In this document: one piece after another, positions 32,553 to 43,841 of the stretch | Numbering within the stretch: position 1 is the stretch's first letter | Layout: each line of letters opens with the position of its first letter | Origin: Diplonema japonicum | Taxonomy: Eukaryota > Protista > Euglenozoa: Diplonemea | DNA: 64,000 nucleotides | Assembly: GCA_964019335.1 (NCBI GenBank) | Contig: OZ025748.1 | Location: 62,001 to 126,000, forward strand | Direction of reading: 5' to 3' | The notes under the pieces: model-generated | Seen by the model: the letters and a program-made list of their open reading frames with translations, nothing else | Told to the model about the DNA's origin: nothing | The model's database searches: none | Program-made: the position numbers and the translations under genes

Positions 32553-33554
32553 ATGAAGTCAGCCCTCCTCTTTGCGATGTGTGCATCCTTTTCTTCTGCA
32601 CAGGAGGATCCCTTTGTAAACCCCTTGTTCTACACAAGCGGCGACTGCACTGGGAGCACGGACCCTGCATCGGCAAGGTGGTCCTACCTTGCGAAGGACG
32701 GGGTCGCAGTCAGACCATTTTCCGGCAGGGATCTGAGCTACGGTCTGAGCGGGTACACCATCAACGCCTGCCTCTCGTTCAGCGTGGCGTACTCGGTGAT
32801 GTTGAAGATCGACACCACGGCCTGCCCTGGCAACGGGAACAACGCCCTGCAGATGGCATACTGGAGCAGCTCGTCCTCGTGTGAGGGAGCACCGACCAGT
32901 GTGGCAACACTGACCGCAGGCACCTGTGTGGCAACACCCCTCGGGTCCGCAAGGTTCGCACCATCGCTGACGGCAGCTGAGATATGCGTGGTTACGAACT
33001 ACTTGAACACAATGCAGACTGGCGGTGTCCGAACCCGTATCTATGCAGGAGGCGACTGCACCGGCAGTAGGATGGTGACGGACACAGTGACTACCCTGGG
33101 GGAGAGGGGTTGCGGGGCGGAACCCGATTGCACCGGATGCTGCGAATTTTACGACCCTTTGACATGCCAGGCCGTGTCGACACCGAGCTACCTGGACTTC
33201 TTGACTGCCTGCAACAAGGTGGGGACAACGTGGGACGCAGCAGTGATGTCGAATGGCTACAGCGATGCGAAATGCACGCGGGAGGACAACACAAACCCCG
33301 CCTTGGGGAGAGTCCAGCACATTGGGTCTTGCTACACAATCTCGGGTAGCGGGCGCAGTGTTTCGCTGCTTCAGGATTTCGTGGCGCCCCTCACGACCGA
33401 CGTCTACTGCCAGTTCGTGCAGCTGGGGGCCAGCAAGAATGTCTCTGGGTTCCTCACTTGGGAGGAGTTCAGGAAACAAACAAACTCTGCCCCCGCAGCC
33501 CATCCCGTCTCTGTCTTGGCGTTCATCGTGCTTCTCGTCACCGTGATGCTCTGA
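32553..33554 (+). CDS. Cys-rich putative GPI-anchored surface protein, copy 2 (type B body, type A-like leader)
   Basis: Same architecture; mature part identical to 39815-40810. Confidence 0.85.
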   Translation: MKSALLFAMCASFSSAQEDPFVNPLFYTSGDCTGSTDPASARWSYLAKDGVAVRPFSGRDLSYGLSGYTINACLSFSVAYSVMLKIDTTACPGNGNNALQMAYWSSSSSCEGAPTSVATLTAGTCVATPLGSARFAPSLTAAEICVVTNYLNTMQTGGVRTRIYAGGDCTGSRMVTDTVTTLGERGCGAEPDCTGCCEFYDPLTCQAVSTPSYLDFLTACNKVGTTWDAAVMSNGYSDAKCTREDNTNPALGRVQHIGSCYTISGSGRSVSLLQDFVAPLTTDVYCQFVQLGASKNVSGFLTWEEFRKQTNSAPAAHPVSVLAFIVLLVTVML

Positions 33555-33808
33555 GACTCCACTGGGGGGGGGTTTTTTTTTTTTCTTCTTTTTTAAAACT
33601 TATAAAAAAAAATACTTTAAAATACAATTCCTTGTGGATTGGGTATTTCTTCCCTCTCATTCTCCCATCAGACCGAAGGACTCGTCGCTGTTTTTTTTCT
33701 TTCTTTTTTTTTTTTTTTTTTTTTTTTTTCTTTAGAGAACAAGGGGGCGTCTCACAAAGACTTCCTTTAACTCATATATTCTTTTTTTCTATTTTTTTTT
33801 TTACTTCC

Positions 33809-33894
33809 ACCCGCCAGAGCCCCCAGAACGGGGACAACGGAGACTAAGGACAGCGCGGCCGGTGAGCGCAAAAGCGCATACCTTAAATGAATAG
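33809..33894 (+). mobile_element. Short 3'-end fragment of the non-LTR family
   Basis: TRQSPQNGDNGD*, hairpin ggtgagcgcaaaagcgcatacc, ttaaatgaatag, then T-rich sequence. Confidence 0.8.
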
Positions 33895-33917
33895 TTTCTT
33901 CTTCTTTTTCTATTCTT

Positions 33918-34083
33918 CCAGTAAAACAAAATGTTGGGCGGGCAAACGTCCGGGGGTTATTGTCGCTTTTGCCGGGCTAAAAAATGCAACAAAATATTTT
34001 CCTCTTAGGATCCGGGTTTCTGTCGCGTCCTAGAGTTTGTCCGTTCGGCTTTTGGCCGTCCGGCATTTTTTTGCTTTACAGTG
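33918..34083. mobile_element. Putative MITE with CACTG-type inverted ends (duplicate at 41174-41339; related end at 61296-61330)
   Basis: Right end reverse-complements to cactgtaaagcaaaaaaatgccggacgg; left end ccagtaaaacaaaatgttgggcgg; 61296 reads tactgtaaaacaaaaaatgccggacgg. Confidence 0.5.
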
Positions 34084-34344
34084 GTTCTACCTTTACAACC
34101 ATTACAATTCGTTATTATTGTTTCTTTCTTTCCAGACACCAGACTGAGAAAAAGATATATAGACTATTCACAGGTTACTCTTTTTTTCTTCTTTGGAGCA
34201 TTGCTTGCAATTGTTCCCCGAAAGGAAGGTATTCTTTTGGTGTCTCTCGACCTTGTCTGGGTTCCAGTCATGTCAGGTCACCATGCACTCTATGCCTCTA
34301 TTCAGGTGTGTCGCGGCTCAAACGCCTGCAGGACTTTCTACAAT

Positions 34345-34380
<36 letters not shown>

Positions 34381-34678
34381 TAAAAGAAAGCAACAATGTC
34401 AACAAAGCCTCACATGCAACGTGGAATGCCACCTTGTTATTCCAGTGAAGATCATCCCCTCCTAACTCATTTCCTTCTTCCTCACTTTTCCGAATAGATG
34501 AGTGCTGCTGTTTGGTCGTTGTGACATTGTTATACCTCCCTCACCCCCCTCCTCCCTTTATTTCTCTTATTCATAAATGTTTTATGTCCCCTCCCCCCTT
34601 CCCTCTCTTTCTCGCATTTTGAACACACCACAGTTTAAACTTGACAACAACAAAAAAAAGAAGAAAACCAAAACAGAA

Positions 34679-35683
34679 ATGAAATCCGTGGTTCTCGTTG
34701 CGATGTGTGCATCCCTTGCTTCTGCACAGCATCCCTTTGTAAACCCCTTGTTCTACACAAGCGGCGACTGCACTGGGAGCACGGACCCTGCATCGGCACT
34801 GTGGAGCTTTCCTGCGAAGGACAATACTGCTGTGAAGCCCTTCTCCGTGGCAGGGAGGGAATTGAGTGGGGTCACCATCGACACCTGCTTGACAGACAGC
34901 AGCGTGGCGTACTCGGTGATGCTGAAGATCGACTCCACGGCCTGCCCTGGCAACGGTGCGAACACCCTGCAGCTCTCGTACTGGAATGAGTCCACAACGT
35001 GTGCAGCAGCGGCGACCAGTGTGACGACTCTGACAGAAGGCAGCTGTGTGGCGACACCTCTCGGGTCCGCCTTCTTCAACACATCGCTCAATGCGAGCGA
35101 ACTGTGCGTGATGACAAACCTCATCAGCGCCATGAAGACGGGTGGGCTGAGGCTGAGCAACCACCAACTGTCATCGAACTGCACAGGGTTCTTGCCCTCC
35201 ACTCAACTTATCGATTTGAACGGGCAGAGTTGCGGGGCTGAGCCGCAGTGCAGGGGGTGCTGCCAGAACTGGGACAGCAAGGACTGCACACCTGACGGGT
35301 CCCCCAAGTACCTTGACCAACTGGCGACATGCCGTGAGGTGTCGGGGTCGTGGGAGGGTGCCCTCATGACACTGGGCTTCAGTGACAACAAGTGCACAAC
35401 AAAGGACACCGGCAACCCAATCCTTGGGATTGTGCTCAAGCTGTCAGACACTGCAGGGTGCACCAGCTACAGCGAAGGTTACGTCCCTTATTCTATTGAA
35501 ACAAACCTTGTGGCGCCCCTCACGATCGACATCTACTGCCAGTGGGTGCAGCTGAACACGAAGTACAATGTCGACGGCTTCCTTTCTTGGGATGAGTTCA
35601 ACAAGCGTGTGAACGGGGCCCCCGCAGCCCACCCCGTCTCTGTCTTGGCGCTTGTGGTACTTCTTGTCACTGTGCTGTTTTAG
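34679..35683 (+). CDS. Cys-rich putative GPI-anchored surface protein, copy 3 (type A)
   Basis: Same architecture; ATG after an A-rich leader. Confidence 0.85.
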   Translation: MKSVVLVAMCASLASAQHPFVNPLFYTSGDCTGSTDPASALWSFPAKDNTAVKPFSVAGRELSGVTIDTCLTDSSVAYSVMLKIDSTACPGNGANTLQLSYWNESTTCAAAATSVTTLTEGSCVATPLGSAFFNTSLNASELCVMTNLISAMKTGGLRLSNHQLSSNCTGFLPSTQLIDLNGQSCGAEPQCRGCCQNWDSKDCTPDGSPKYLDQLATCREVSGSWEGALMTLGFSDNKCTTKDTGNPILGIVLKLSDTAGCTSYSEGYVPYSIETNLVAPLTIDIYCQWVQLNTKYNVDGFLSWDEFNKRVNGAPAAHPVSVLALVVLLVTVLF

Positions 35684-36275
35684 ACATCCTTGCTGATGGC
35701 AATTTACAACATATATCATGAATTAATGCAAAATAAAGTGAAGTCGAAAATAAAAGAAAAATAAAGATGGAAAAAAAGAATCCAAATACCTGTGTTCTTG
35801 TGGACAATGTGACTTCAATTAGACAAGCAGCAATGCCATTCGTATCTCTCTCTCTCTCCCTTTTGTAAGCAGCTAGTAGGAAACTTCGTATATAGTTTCC
35901 CCCGCTGTTTGAATCCCTTTTGTTTCACAAGCTTGTGGGCAAGAAAATGCCTGCTTGCCTTACCTCTTTATATATACAGAACCCCATTTTCCTTTTGTTT
36001 TTTTCTGCGTTTATCCCGTCCCCCAAAAAAGACGGCAAGAAGATTTAACCCTCTGAGCCTTTGTTTCGTTTTTATTCTTGCTTTAATGTCAGACAGAGAT
36101 CAACTCCTGTGAAGCCCATTGTTCTTTTACTTGTGGGTTTCCGGTGCAATATCATTTTCACTGACAAAGCAAACCTTTTCTTACTCCTCCCCTCTCCTCC
36201 CCTCTTCCCATCCCTCCCCCTATGTGTTGCCATTTACCTTTTTCATAACATTCCACAACAGTTGAATTAAAAGAA

Positions 36276-36720
36276 ATGAAGTCAGCCTTCCTCATTGCGA
36301 TGTGTGCATCCCTTACTTCTGCACAGCATCCCCCTTTGTTCTACACAAGCGGCGACTGCACTGGGAGCACGGACCCTGCATCGGCACTGTGGAGCTTTCT
36401 TGCAAAGGGCAAGACTGCTGTGAAGCCCTTCTCCGTGGCAGGGAGGGAATTGAGTGGGGTCATCATCGCAGTAGCCTAACGTACTAGGTGATGCTGAAGA
36501 TCGACGGCACGGCCTGCCCTGGCAACGGCGCGGGGTTATGCTCAAGCTGTCTGCACTGAAAGGTACGCCTTATACAGTTTTGAAGTACGTCCCTTATTAT
36601 TTGGAAACAAATTATCACGATCGACATCCACTGCCAGTGGGTGCAGCTGAACACGAAGTACAATGTCGACGGCTTCCTTTCTTGGGATGAGCACCCCATC
36701 TCTGTCTTGGTGGCTTGTTT
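36276..36720 (+). pseudogene. Pseudogene of the surface protein family
   Basis: Starts MKSAFLIAMCAS; stop at 36477-36479; large internal deletions; remnants YSVMLKID, CQWVQLNTKYNVDGFLSWDE. Confidence 0.9.
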
Positions 36721-37001
36721 GTGATACGCTGCAGACGACGTGGCTGAGGGAGAAAAAGAGGCGCGCTTTTCTGGCGCAGCCATGCAAGAAGGTGAGATCA
36801 CTACGATCCATTTGCCGCGACCACGCCGTTGGCTTTGATAGGAGGGCCCTGTTTGCATCAAAGCTGAAAGGACTGAGAGAAGATACAAACGACAGCTAGG
36901 CACTACGGTGGGTAGCAGGGAACAACCCCAAAAGGGGAGCATCAAGGGTAGGCACGCCGCATGCGGCTTTCGTCTCAGGGAGTTTGCATGTTAATTTGAG
37001 T
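36721..37001 (+). mobile_element. Non-LTR retroelement 3' fragment abutting the pseudogene
   Basis: RRAFLAQPCKKVRSLRSICRDHAVGFDRRALFAS aligns with RSAFPANAKSRVHTLRHLGGPTAHGYDRRPLFSS of the 10716 ORF; EQPQKG echoes QQPQNG. Confidence 0.7.
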
Positions 37002-37319
37002 TTTTATGTTGAGCAGTAGAAAAGCTTGGATTGGCTTATTCTCCTTCTGCTTTTTATATCGTTGATCCGTCCTTGTTTCATTTTTACAGGGCTTGCTTCT
37101 AATCCGTTTCGGTTCTACAATGGGAGAAGGGAAAGCAAGCCACAGGGAGGTTTTGCAAGCTTTTGAGGGTGTCTCACAAAGTAAAGTAACTTACACACAA
37201 AAAAAGCTTTCGCTTTTTTAATATTATTATTATTATTATTATTTTCTTTCTTTTTTTTTTTCATTGAAACATAAAAACCAAAATAAATTTCCTCAAAGAA
37301 AAAAAAAAAAAAAAAAAAA

Positions 37320-38327
37320 ATGAAGACCGCCTTCCTCCTAGCGATGTGTGTGTCCCTTGCAACGGCAGAGAAAAGCCTTTTCGTCCTCCCCTCTCTGTAC
37401 ACCAGCAACGACTGCACTGGGAACACAGACCCCGCACCGGCACTGTGGAGCTACCTTGCAAAGGACGGCATCAGCGTAAAACCCTTTCAGGACAGCGGGT
37501 ACAGCGCGTACACCATCAACCAGTGCATGACGGACGACAGCGTAACGTACTCGGTGATGCTGACAATTGACAGCACGGCCTGCCCTGGCAACGGCACAGA
37601 GTCCTTACAACTCTCGTACTGGAGGAGCACGTCGAAATGTGAAGGAGCTCCCACCAGTGTAACGACACTATCTGCTAACACCTGTGTGCCGACACCCCTC
37701 GGGTCCGCAAAATTCTCGCCATCTCTCACCACAACGGAACTGTGCGTGCTGATGACCTACAGAACAGCAATGGAGACGGGAGGGATGAGGAGGCGCGTGT
37801 GGAAAAACTCCCAATGCAACGGGGCGACAACCTCAAACATGCTTACTACAATGGCAAGCGGGAGCTGCAGCGCACCTATGTGTACAGGATGCTGCAAGGC
37901 GCGGAACCCTACAACCTGCAAATGGACGGAATCTGACTACGAGCTCAGGATGGCAACATGCAAGAAAGCAGCAGACAAATGGGCGAACTTCGAGGTGGTG
38001 GTGAGCTACAGCAACGACGTTTGCTCGAGCCGCAGTGACAGCAACCCTGCCTCAGGTCTCGCTGAACGGGTGGAGTACTGCAACACAGTCACTGAAGAGG
38101 GACCCAGTACCAACACGAGTGTTTCAGTGGAAACAAACTTCGTGGCGCCCCTCACGATCGACATCTACTGCCAGTGGGTGCAGCTAAACACGAAGTACAA
38201 TGTCGACGGCTTCCTTTCTTGGGACAGGTTCCAGGAGGAGTATAACCGAATTGTGAATGCCGCTCCCGCAGTGCGTCCTGCTGTTTCTGCCTTGGTTCTT
38301 TTTGTACTTGGCGCTGTGTTGTTCTAA
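37320..38327 (+). CDS. Cys-rich putative GPI-anchored surface protein, copy 4 (divergent)
   Basis: Same signal/Cys/tail architecture with a divergent core. Confidence 0.85.
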   Translation: MKTAFLLAMCVSLATAEKSLFVLPSLYTSNDCTGNTDPAPALWSYLAKDGISVKPFQDSGYSAYTINQCMTDDSVTYSVMLTIDSTACPGNGTESLQLSYWRSTSKCEGAPTSVTTLSANTCVPTPLGSAKFSPSLTTTELCVLMTYRTAMETGGMRRRVWKNSQCNGATTSNMLTTMASGSCSAPMCTGCCKARNPTTCKWTESDYELRMATCKKAADKWANFEVVVSYSNDVCSSRSDSNPASGLAERVEYCNTVTEEGPSTNTSVSVETNFVAPLTIDIYCQWVQLNTKYNVDGFLSWDRFQEEYNRIVNAAPAVRPAVSALVLFVLGAVLF

Positions 38328-39231
38328 AGAAAATGGTAAAAGTAGTTGTTTTTTTTTATTTTATTTTATTTGTATATTGTTTGGATAAGAACAGTATATT
38401 TCACAATGTTTGCGAGTTTTTTTTGTTTTAACAATATTATTGTCGAGACTAAAAACTAGTTGATGGCAGCGTAATGAGCTATTTTATTAGGTAAAATTCC
38501 GCTCGTGGGCACAAACAAATGGAGCGCCAAACTAGTTTTTTTTTCTTTTTTTTTTTTATATAAACAATGCGCACACAATTGGTCAATTTCTATTTTGTTT
38601 TTCTTTTTTTCTTTTTTCCTTCTTCCTCTTTTTATTTCTTCTAACTCCCACTAACTATTGCTGTGGGAAAAAAAAAAAAAAAAAAAAAAAGGTTTTGACA
38701 AGTTTTCAGGACGTACTTTTTTTTTGCTGGTCTGGCACTTTTCATTTTTTTTTACAGTATCTCCCTTTTTTTTTCGACGAGTCAAAAAAAAAAAAAAGAA
38801 AGAAAGAAAAAAAAAAGAAAAGGAAGGAGATAAACGAAAGCTGATAATTCGTTTTTTTTTTTTTTTTTTTTTCTTCTTTCTCCTCTGGAAAAAAAAAACA
38901 GAAATATCTTCTATCAGGGCTCTCTCGTTCTTTTCTTTTTCTTTTTTGTCTTTCTTTCTCCCCCACTCCTCCACTCTCTCCCCCTTCTTCCATCTTCTAC
39001 TCTGGATGATTACTTCTCACTGCAGTCCGGACTGACCACCGGTCTTTCCTTTAAGCTCGTTCCCTGCATGAAAGTTGTAGTGGTAACAAAAGGTGTTAGC
39101 ATACCTTTTCACTTCACTTCCTTGTAGCCCTCTTCTTTGAACAGGTAGGAATGATGCTGCTTCGATAACGTGATCTGCCTATTGTTTATTTTATTTTATT
39201 TTCTTTTGTAGGAAACTGCTAAGTATCTCAC

Positions 39232-39751
39232 CCGACCCCCCCCCCCCCTAAATTCAAACTAGGCCCTTACTTTCCTAAATGCTCAAAGTAGACCCCCTTG
39301 GTTCTCAAAGTGTTCAAATACCAACCCCCCTAGGTTCGAAATGCTCAAACCGGCCCCCCTAAGATTCATACATGTCCACATATTTTTTTTTCGCTCTGGG
39401 AGTCCTAATAAGAAGGCACCTGACACTCGAGGTAAAAGGGTTTTCCTGAGGTGAACTGATTTCCTGCCTGGGCATTCTTGGTCACAAAAGCACTTGCACC
39501 AATGGGGGGGTTTTTTTTTCCTCTCCCTTTTGCATACGCCGCAACTTTGTTACCATTGGGCCTACTCTTGATTGGCCTCTTGAAAGACTGGGGGGGGGGG
39601 GGGGGGGGGGTAAGTACACTTTAAAAACCGAGGGAGCTGACTTTGAGCATTTTTTAAAGCCCTAGGGGTCTAATTTGGGCATTTAGAAACTTAAGGGGCG
39701 AACTTTGGCATTCTGGAAACTTAGGGGGCGGACTTTGAGCTGAGGGGTCTA
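39232..39751. mobile_element. Foldback/MITE-like element with inverted subterminal ~30-bp repeats
   Basis: Left units such as aaatgctcaaagtagacccccttgg; right units such as cctaggggtctaatttgggcattt (reverse complement aaatgcccaaattagacccctagg); 3-4 units per arm. Confidence 0.6.
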
Positions 39752-39814
39752 GATAGCACTCCACCCAAAAAAAACAAAAAAAAAAGGGGGAAAAAAAAGA
39801 AAAAAGAAAAAACC

Positions 39815-40810
39815 ATGCAATCCATCCTTGCGATGAGCCTCTCCCTTGTCCTTGCTGCGGAGGATCCTTTCAAGAACCCCTTGTTCTACACAAGCGGCGA
39901 CTGCACTGGGAGCACGGACCCTGCATCGGCAAGGTGGTCCTACCTTGCGAAGGACGGGGTCGCAGTCAGACCATTTTCCGGCAGGGATCTGAGCTACGGT
40001 CTGAGCGGGTACACCATCAACGCCTGCCTCTCGTTCAGCGTGGCGTACTCGGTGATGTTGAAGATCGACACCACGGCCTGCCCTGGCAACGGGAACAACG
40101 CCCTGCAGATGGCATACTGGAGCAGCTCGTCCTCGTGTGAGGGAGCACCGACCAGTGTGGCAACACTGACCGCAGGCACCTGTGTGGCAACACCCCTCGG
40201 GTCCGCAAGGTTCGCACCATCGCTGACGGCAGCTGAGATATGCGTGGTTACGAACTACTTGAACACAATGCAGACTGGCGGTGTCCGAACCCGTATCTAT
40301 GCAGGAGGCGACTGCACCGGCAGTAGGATGGTGACGGACACAGTGACTACCCTGGGGGAGAGGGGTTGCGGGGCGGAACCCGATTGCACCGGATGCTGCG
40401 AATTTTACGACCCTTTGACATGCCAGGCCGTGTCGACACCGAGCTACCTGGACTTCTTGACTGCCTGCAACAAGGTGGGGACAACGTGGGACGCAGCAGT
40501 GATGTCGAATGGCTACAGCGATGCGAAATGCACGCGGGAGGACAACACAAACCCCGCCTTGGGGAGAGTCCAGCACATTGGGTCTTGCTACACAATCTCG
40601 GGTAGCGGGCGCAGTGTTTCGCTGCTTCAGGATTTCGTGGCGCCCCTCACGACCGACGTCTACTGCCAGTTCGTGCAGCTGGGGGCCAGCAAGAATGTCT
40701 CTGGGTTCCTCACTTGGGAGGAGTTCAGGAAACAAACAAACTCTGCCCCCGCAGCCCATCCCGTCTCTGTCTTGGCGTTCATCGTGCTTCTCGTCACCGT
40801 GATGCTCTGA
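39815..40810 (+). CDS. Cys-rich putative GPI-anchored surface protein, copy 5 (type B)
   Basis: Unique leader MQSILAMSLSLVLAAEDPFK; remainder identical to copy 2. Confidence 0.85.
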   Translation: MQSILAMSLSLVLAAEDPFKNPLFYTSGDCTGSTDPASARWSYLAKDGVAVRPFSGRDLSYGLSGYTINACLSFSVAYSVMLKIDTTACPGNGNNALQMAYWSSSSSCEGAPTSVATLTAGTCVATPLGSARFAPSLTAAEICVVTNYLNTMQTGGVRTRIYAGGDCTGSRMVTDTVTTLGERGCGAEPDCTGCCEFYDPLTCQAVSTPSYLDFLTACNKVGTTWDAAVMSNGYSDAKCTREDNTNPALGRVQHIGSCYTISGSGRSVSLLQDFVAPLTTDVYCQFVQLGASKNVSGFLTWEEFRKQTNSAPAAHPVSVLAFIVLLVTVML

Positions 40811-41064
40811 GACTCCACTGGGGGGGGGTTTTTTTTTTTTCTTCTTTTTTAAAACTTATAAAAAAAAATACTTTAAAATACAATTCCTTGTGGATTGGGT
40901 ATTTCTTCCCTCTCATTCTCCCATCAGACCGAAGGACTCGTCGCTGTTTTTTTTCTTTCTTTTTTTTTTTTTTTTTTTTTTTTTTCTTTAGAGAACAAGG
41001 GGGCGTCTCACAAAGACTTCCTTTAACTCATATATTCTTTTTTTCTATTTTTTTTTTTACTTCC

Positions 41065-41150
41065 ACCCGCCAGAGCCCCCAGAACGGGGACAACGGAGAC
41101 TAAGGACAGCGCGGCCGGTGAGCGCAAAAGCGCATACCTTAAATGAATAG
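41065..41150 (+). mobile_element. Short 3'-end retro fragment (duplicate of 33809-33894)
   Basis: Lies within the segmental duplication. Confidence 0.8.
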
Positions 41151-41600
41151 TTTCTTCTTCTTTTTCTATTCTTCCAGTAAAACAAAATGTTGGGCGGGCA
41201 AACGTCCGGGGGTTATTGTCGCTTTTGCCGGGCTAAAAAATGCAACAAAATATTTTCCTCTTAGGATCCGGGTTTCTGTCGCGTCCTAGAGTTTGTCCGT
41301 TCGGCTTTTGGCCGTCCGGCATTTTTTTGCTTTACAGTGGTTCTACCTTTACAACCATTACAATTCGTTATTATTGTTTCTTTCTTTCCAGACACCAGAC
41401 TGAGAAAAAGATATATAGACTATTCACAGGTTACTCTTTTTTTCTTCTTTGGAGCATTGCTTGCAATTGTTCCCCGAAAGGAAGGTATTCTTTTGGTGTC
41501 TCTCGACCTTGTCTGGGTTCCAGTCATGTCAGGTCACCATGCACTCTATGCCTCTATTCAGGTGTGTCGCGGCTCAAACGCCTGCAGGACTTTCTACAAT

Positions 41601-41637
<37 letters not shown>

Positions 41638-41935
41638 TAAAAGAAAGCAACAATGTCAACAAAGCCTCACATGCAACGTGGAATGCCACCTTGTTATTCC
41701 AGTGAAGATCATCCCCTCCTAACTCATTTCCTTCTTCCTCACTTTTCCGAATAGATGAGTGCTGCTGTTTGGTCGTTGTGACATTGTTATACCTCCCTCA
41801 CCCCCCTCCTCCCTTTATTTCTCTTATTCATAAATGTTTTATGTCCCCTCCCCCCTTCCCTCTCTTTCTCGCATTTTGAACACACCACAGTTTAAACTTG
41901 ACAACAACAAAAAAAAGAAGAAAACCAAAACAGAA

Positions 41936-42940
41936 ATGAAATCCGTGGTTCTCGTTGCGATGTGTGCATCCCTTGCTTCTGCACAGCATCCCTTTGTAAA
42001 CCCCTTGTTCTACACAAGCGGCGACTGCACTGGGAGCACGGACCCTGCATCGGCACTGTGGAGCTTTCCTGCGAAGGACAATACTGCTGTGAAGCCCTTC
42101 TCCGTGGCAGGGAGGGAATTGAGTGGGGTCACCATCGACACCTGCTTGACAGACAGCAGCGTGGCGTACTCGGTGATGCTGAAGATCGACTCCACGGCCT
42201 GCCCTGGCAACGGTGCGAACACCCTGCAGCTCTCGTACTGGAATGAGTCCACAACGTGTGCAGCAGCGGCGACCAGTGTGACGACTCTGACAGAAGGCAG
42301 CTGTGTGGCGACACCTCTCGGGTCCGCCTTCTTCAACACATCGCTCAATGCGAGCGAACTGTGCGTGATGACAAACCTCATCAGCGCCATGAAGACGGGT
42401 GGGCTGAGGCTGAGCAACCACCAACTGTCATCGAACTGCACAGGGTTCTTGCCCTCCACTCAACTTATCGATTTGAACGGGCAGAGTTGCGGGGCTGAGC
42501 CGCAGTGCAGGGGGTGCTGCCAGAACTGGGACAGCAAGGACTGCACACCTGACGGGTCCCCCAAGTACCTTGACCAACTGGCGACATGCCGTGAGGTGTC
42601 GGGGTCGTGGGAGGGTGCCCTCATGACACTGGGCTTCAGTGACAACAAGTGCACAACAAAGGACACCGGCAACCCAATCCTTGGGATTGTGCTCAAGCTG
42701 TCAGACACTGCAGGGTGCACCAGCTACAGCGAAGGTTACGTCCCTTATTCTATTGAAACAAACCTTGTGGCGCCCCTCACGATCGACATCTACTGCCAGT
42801 GGGTGCAGCTGAACACGAAGTACAATGTCGACGGCTTCCTTTCTTGGGATGAGTTCAACAAGCGTGTGAACGGGGCCCCCGCAGCCCACCCCGTCTCTGT
42901 CTTGGCGCTTGTGGTGCTTCTTGTCACTGTGCTGTTTTAG
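41936..42940 (+). CDS. Cys-rich putative GPI-anchored surface protein, copy 6 (type A)
   Basis: Protein identical to copy 3. Confidence 0.85.
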   Translation: MKSVVLVAMCASLASAQHPFVNPLFYTSGDCTGSTDPASALWSFPAKDNTAVKPFSVAGRELSGVTIDTCLTDSSVAYSVMLKIDSTACPGNGANTLQLSYWNESTTCAAAATSVTTLTEGSCVATPLGSAFFNTSLNASELCVMTNLISAMKTGGLRLSNHQLSSNCTGFLPSTQLIDLNGQSCGAEPQCRGCCQNWDSKDCTPDGSPKYLDQLATCREVSGSWEGALMTLGFSDNKCTTKDTGNPILGIVLKLSDTAGCTSYSEGYVPYSIETNLVAPLTIDIYCQWVQLNTKYNVDGFLSWDEFNKRVNGAPAAHPVSVLALVVLLVTVLF

Positions 42941-43025
42941 ACATCCTTGCTGATGGCAATTTGCAACATAGAACTAATGCAAAATAAAGTGAAGTCGAAA
43001 AAAAGAAGAAAAAGAACAAAGTTGG

Positions 43026-43059
<34 letters not shown>

Positions 43060-43841
43060 GCCTGTGTACTTGTAGTCAATGTGACTCCAATGTGACTTCA
43101 ATTAAATAAACGGCAATGCCATTCGTATCTCTCTCCCTTTTGTAAAGCAGCTAGTAGGAAACTTCGCATAGCTTCTCCCGCTGTTTGAATCCCTTTTGTT
43201 TCACAAGCTTGTGGGCAAGAAAATGCCTGCTTGCCTTACCTCTTTATTGATACAGAACCCCATTTATTCCCCCCCCCCCCTTTTTTTTCTGCGTTTATCC
43301 CTTTCATTCCCCTTTTTTCTTATGATGGAACCACACAAAGAAGCTTAGAAGTTCAAGTATTTCCCGTTTTGAATGTTCATGGTTAGAAAGTGGGCTTAGG
43401 GTGTTGCTCCAAATTATAACAGTTTTCGTGCTTTGAACAATTTCTCTTCGGGGGACGGTGTAAAACTCTTCAGTTGTTTTCTTCTCCTCTCCTATGGAGC
43501 CGAGATGCTAAAGAAGAAAGCTAAGCAATGACTACACAAAGCTTCAAAGCCCAACAATCCACCCCCCCCCCCATATTTTCCAAAAAAAAAGATGGCAAGA
43601 AGACTTCCGACCTCTCTTTTTTTTTTTGTTTTTTTTCTTGTTTTTTTCTTGTTTTTAATGTCAGGCAGAGATCAACTCCTGTGAAGCCCATTGTTCTATT
43701 CTTGTGGGTTTCCGGTGCAATATCATTTTCACTGACAAAGCAAACCTTTTCTTACTCCCCTCCCCTCCCCTCTTCCCCTCCCCTCCCCCATGTGTTGCCA
43801 TTTACCTTTTTCAACATTCCACAACAGTTAGAGAAAAAAAA

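Larger units (their letters stand above)
32619..35704 (+). repeat. ~3.1-kb near-identical segment duplicated at 39875-42962
   Basis: Offset 7256-7257. Only a T-run length change and one substitution near 35658 were noticed by eye. Confidence 0.9.

Noticed and set aside
39232-39751. CRISPR-like array
   Set aside because: Units are degenerate, lack unique spacers, occur in inverted arms, and there are no cas genes.
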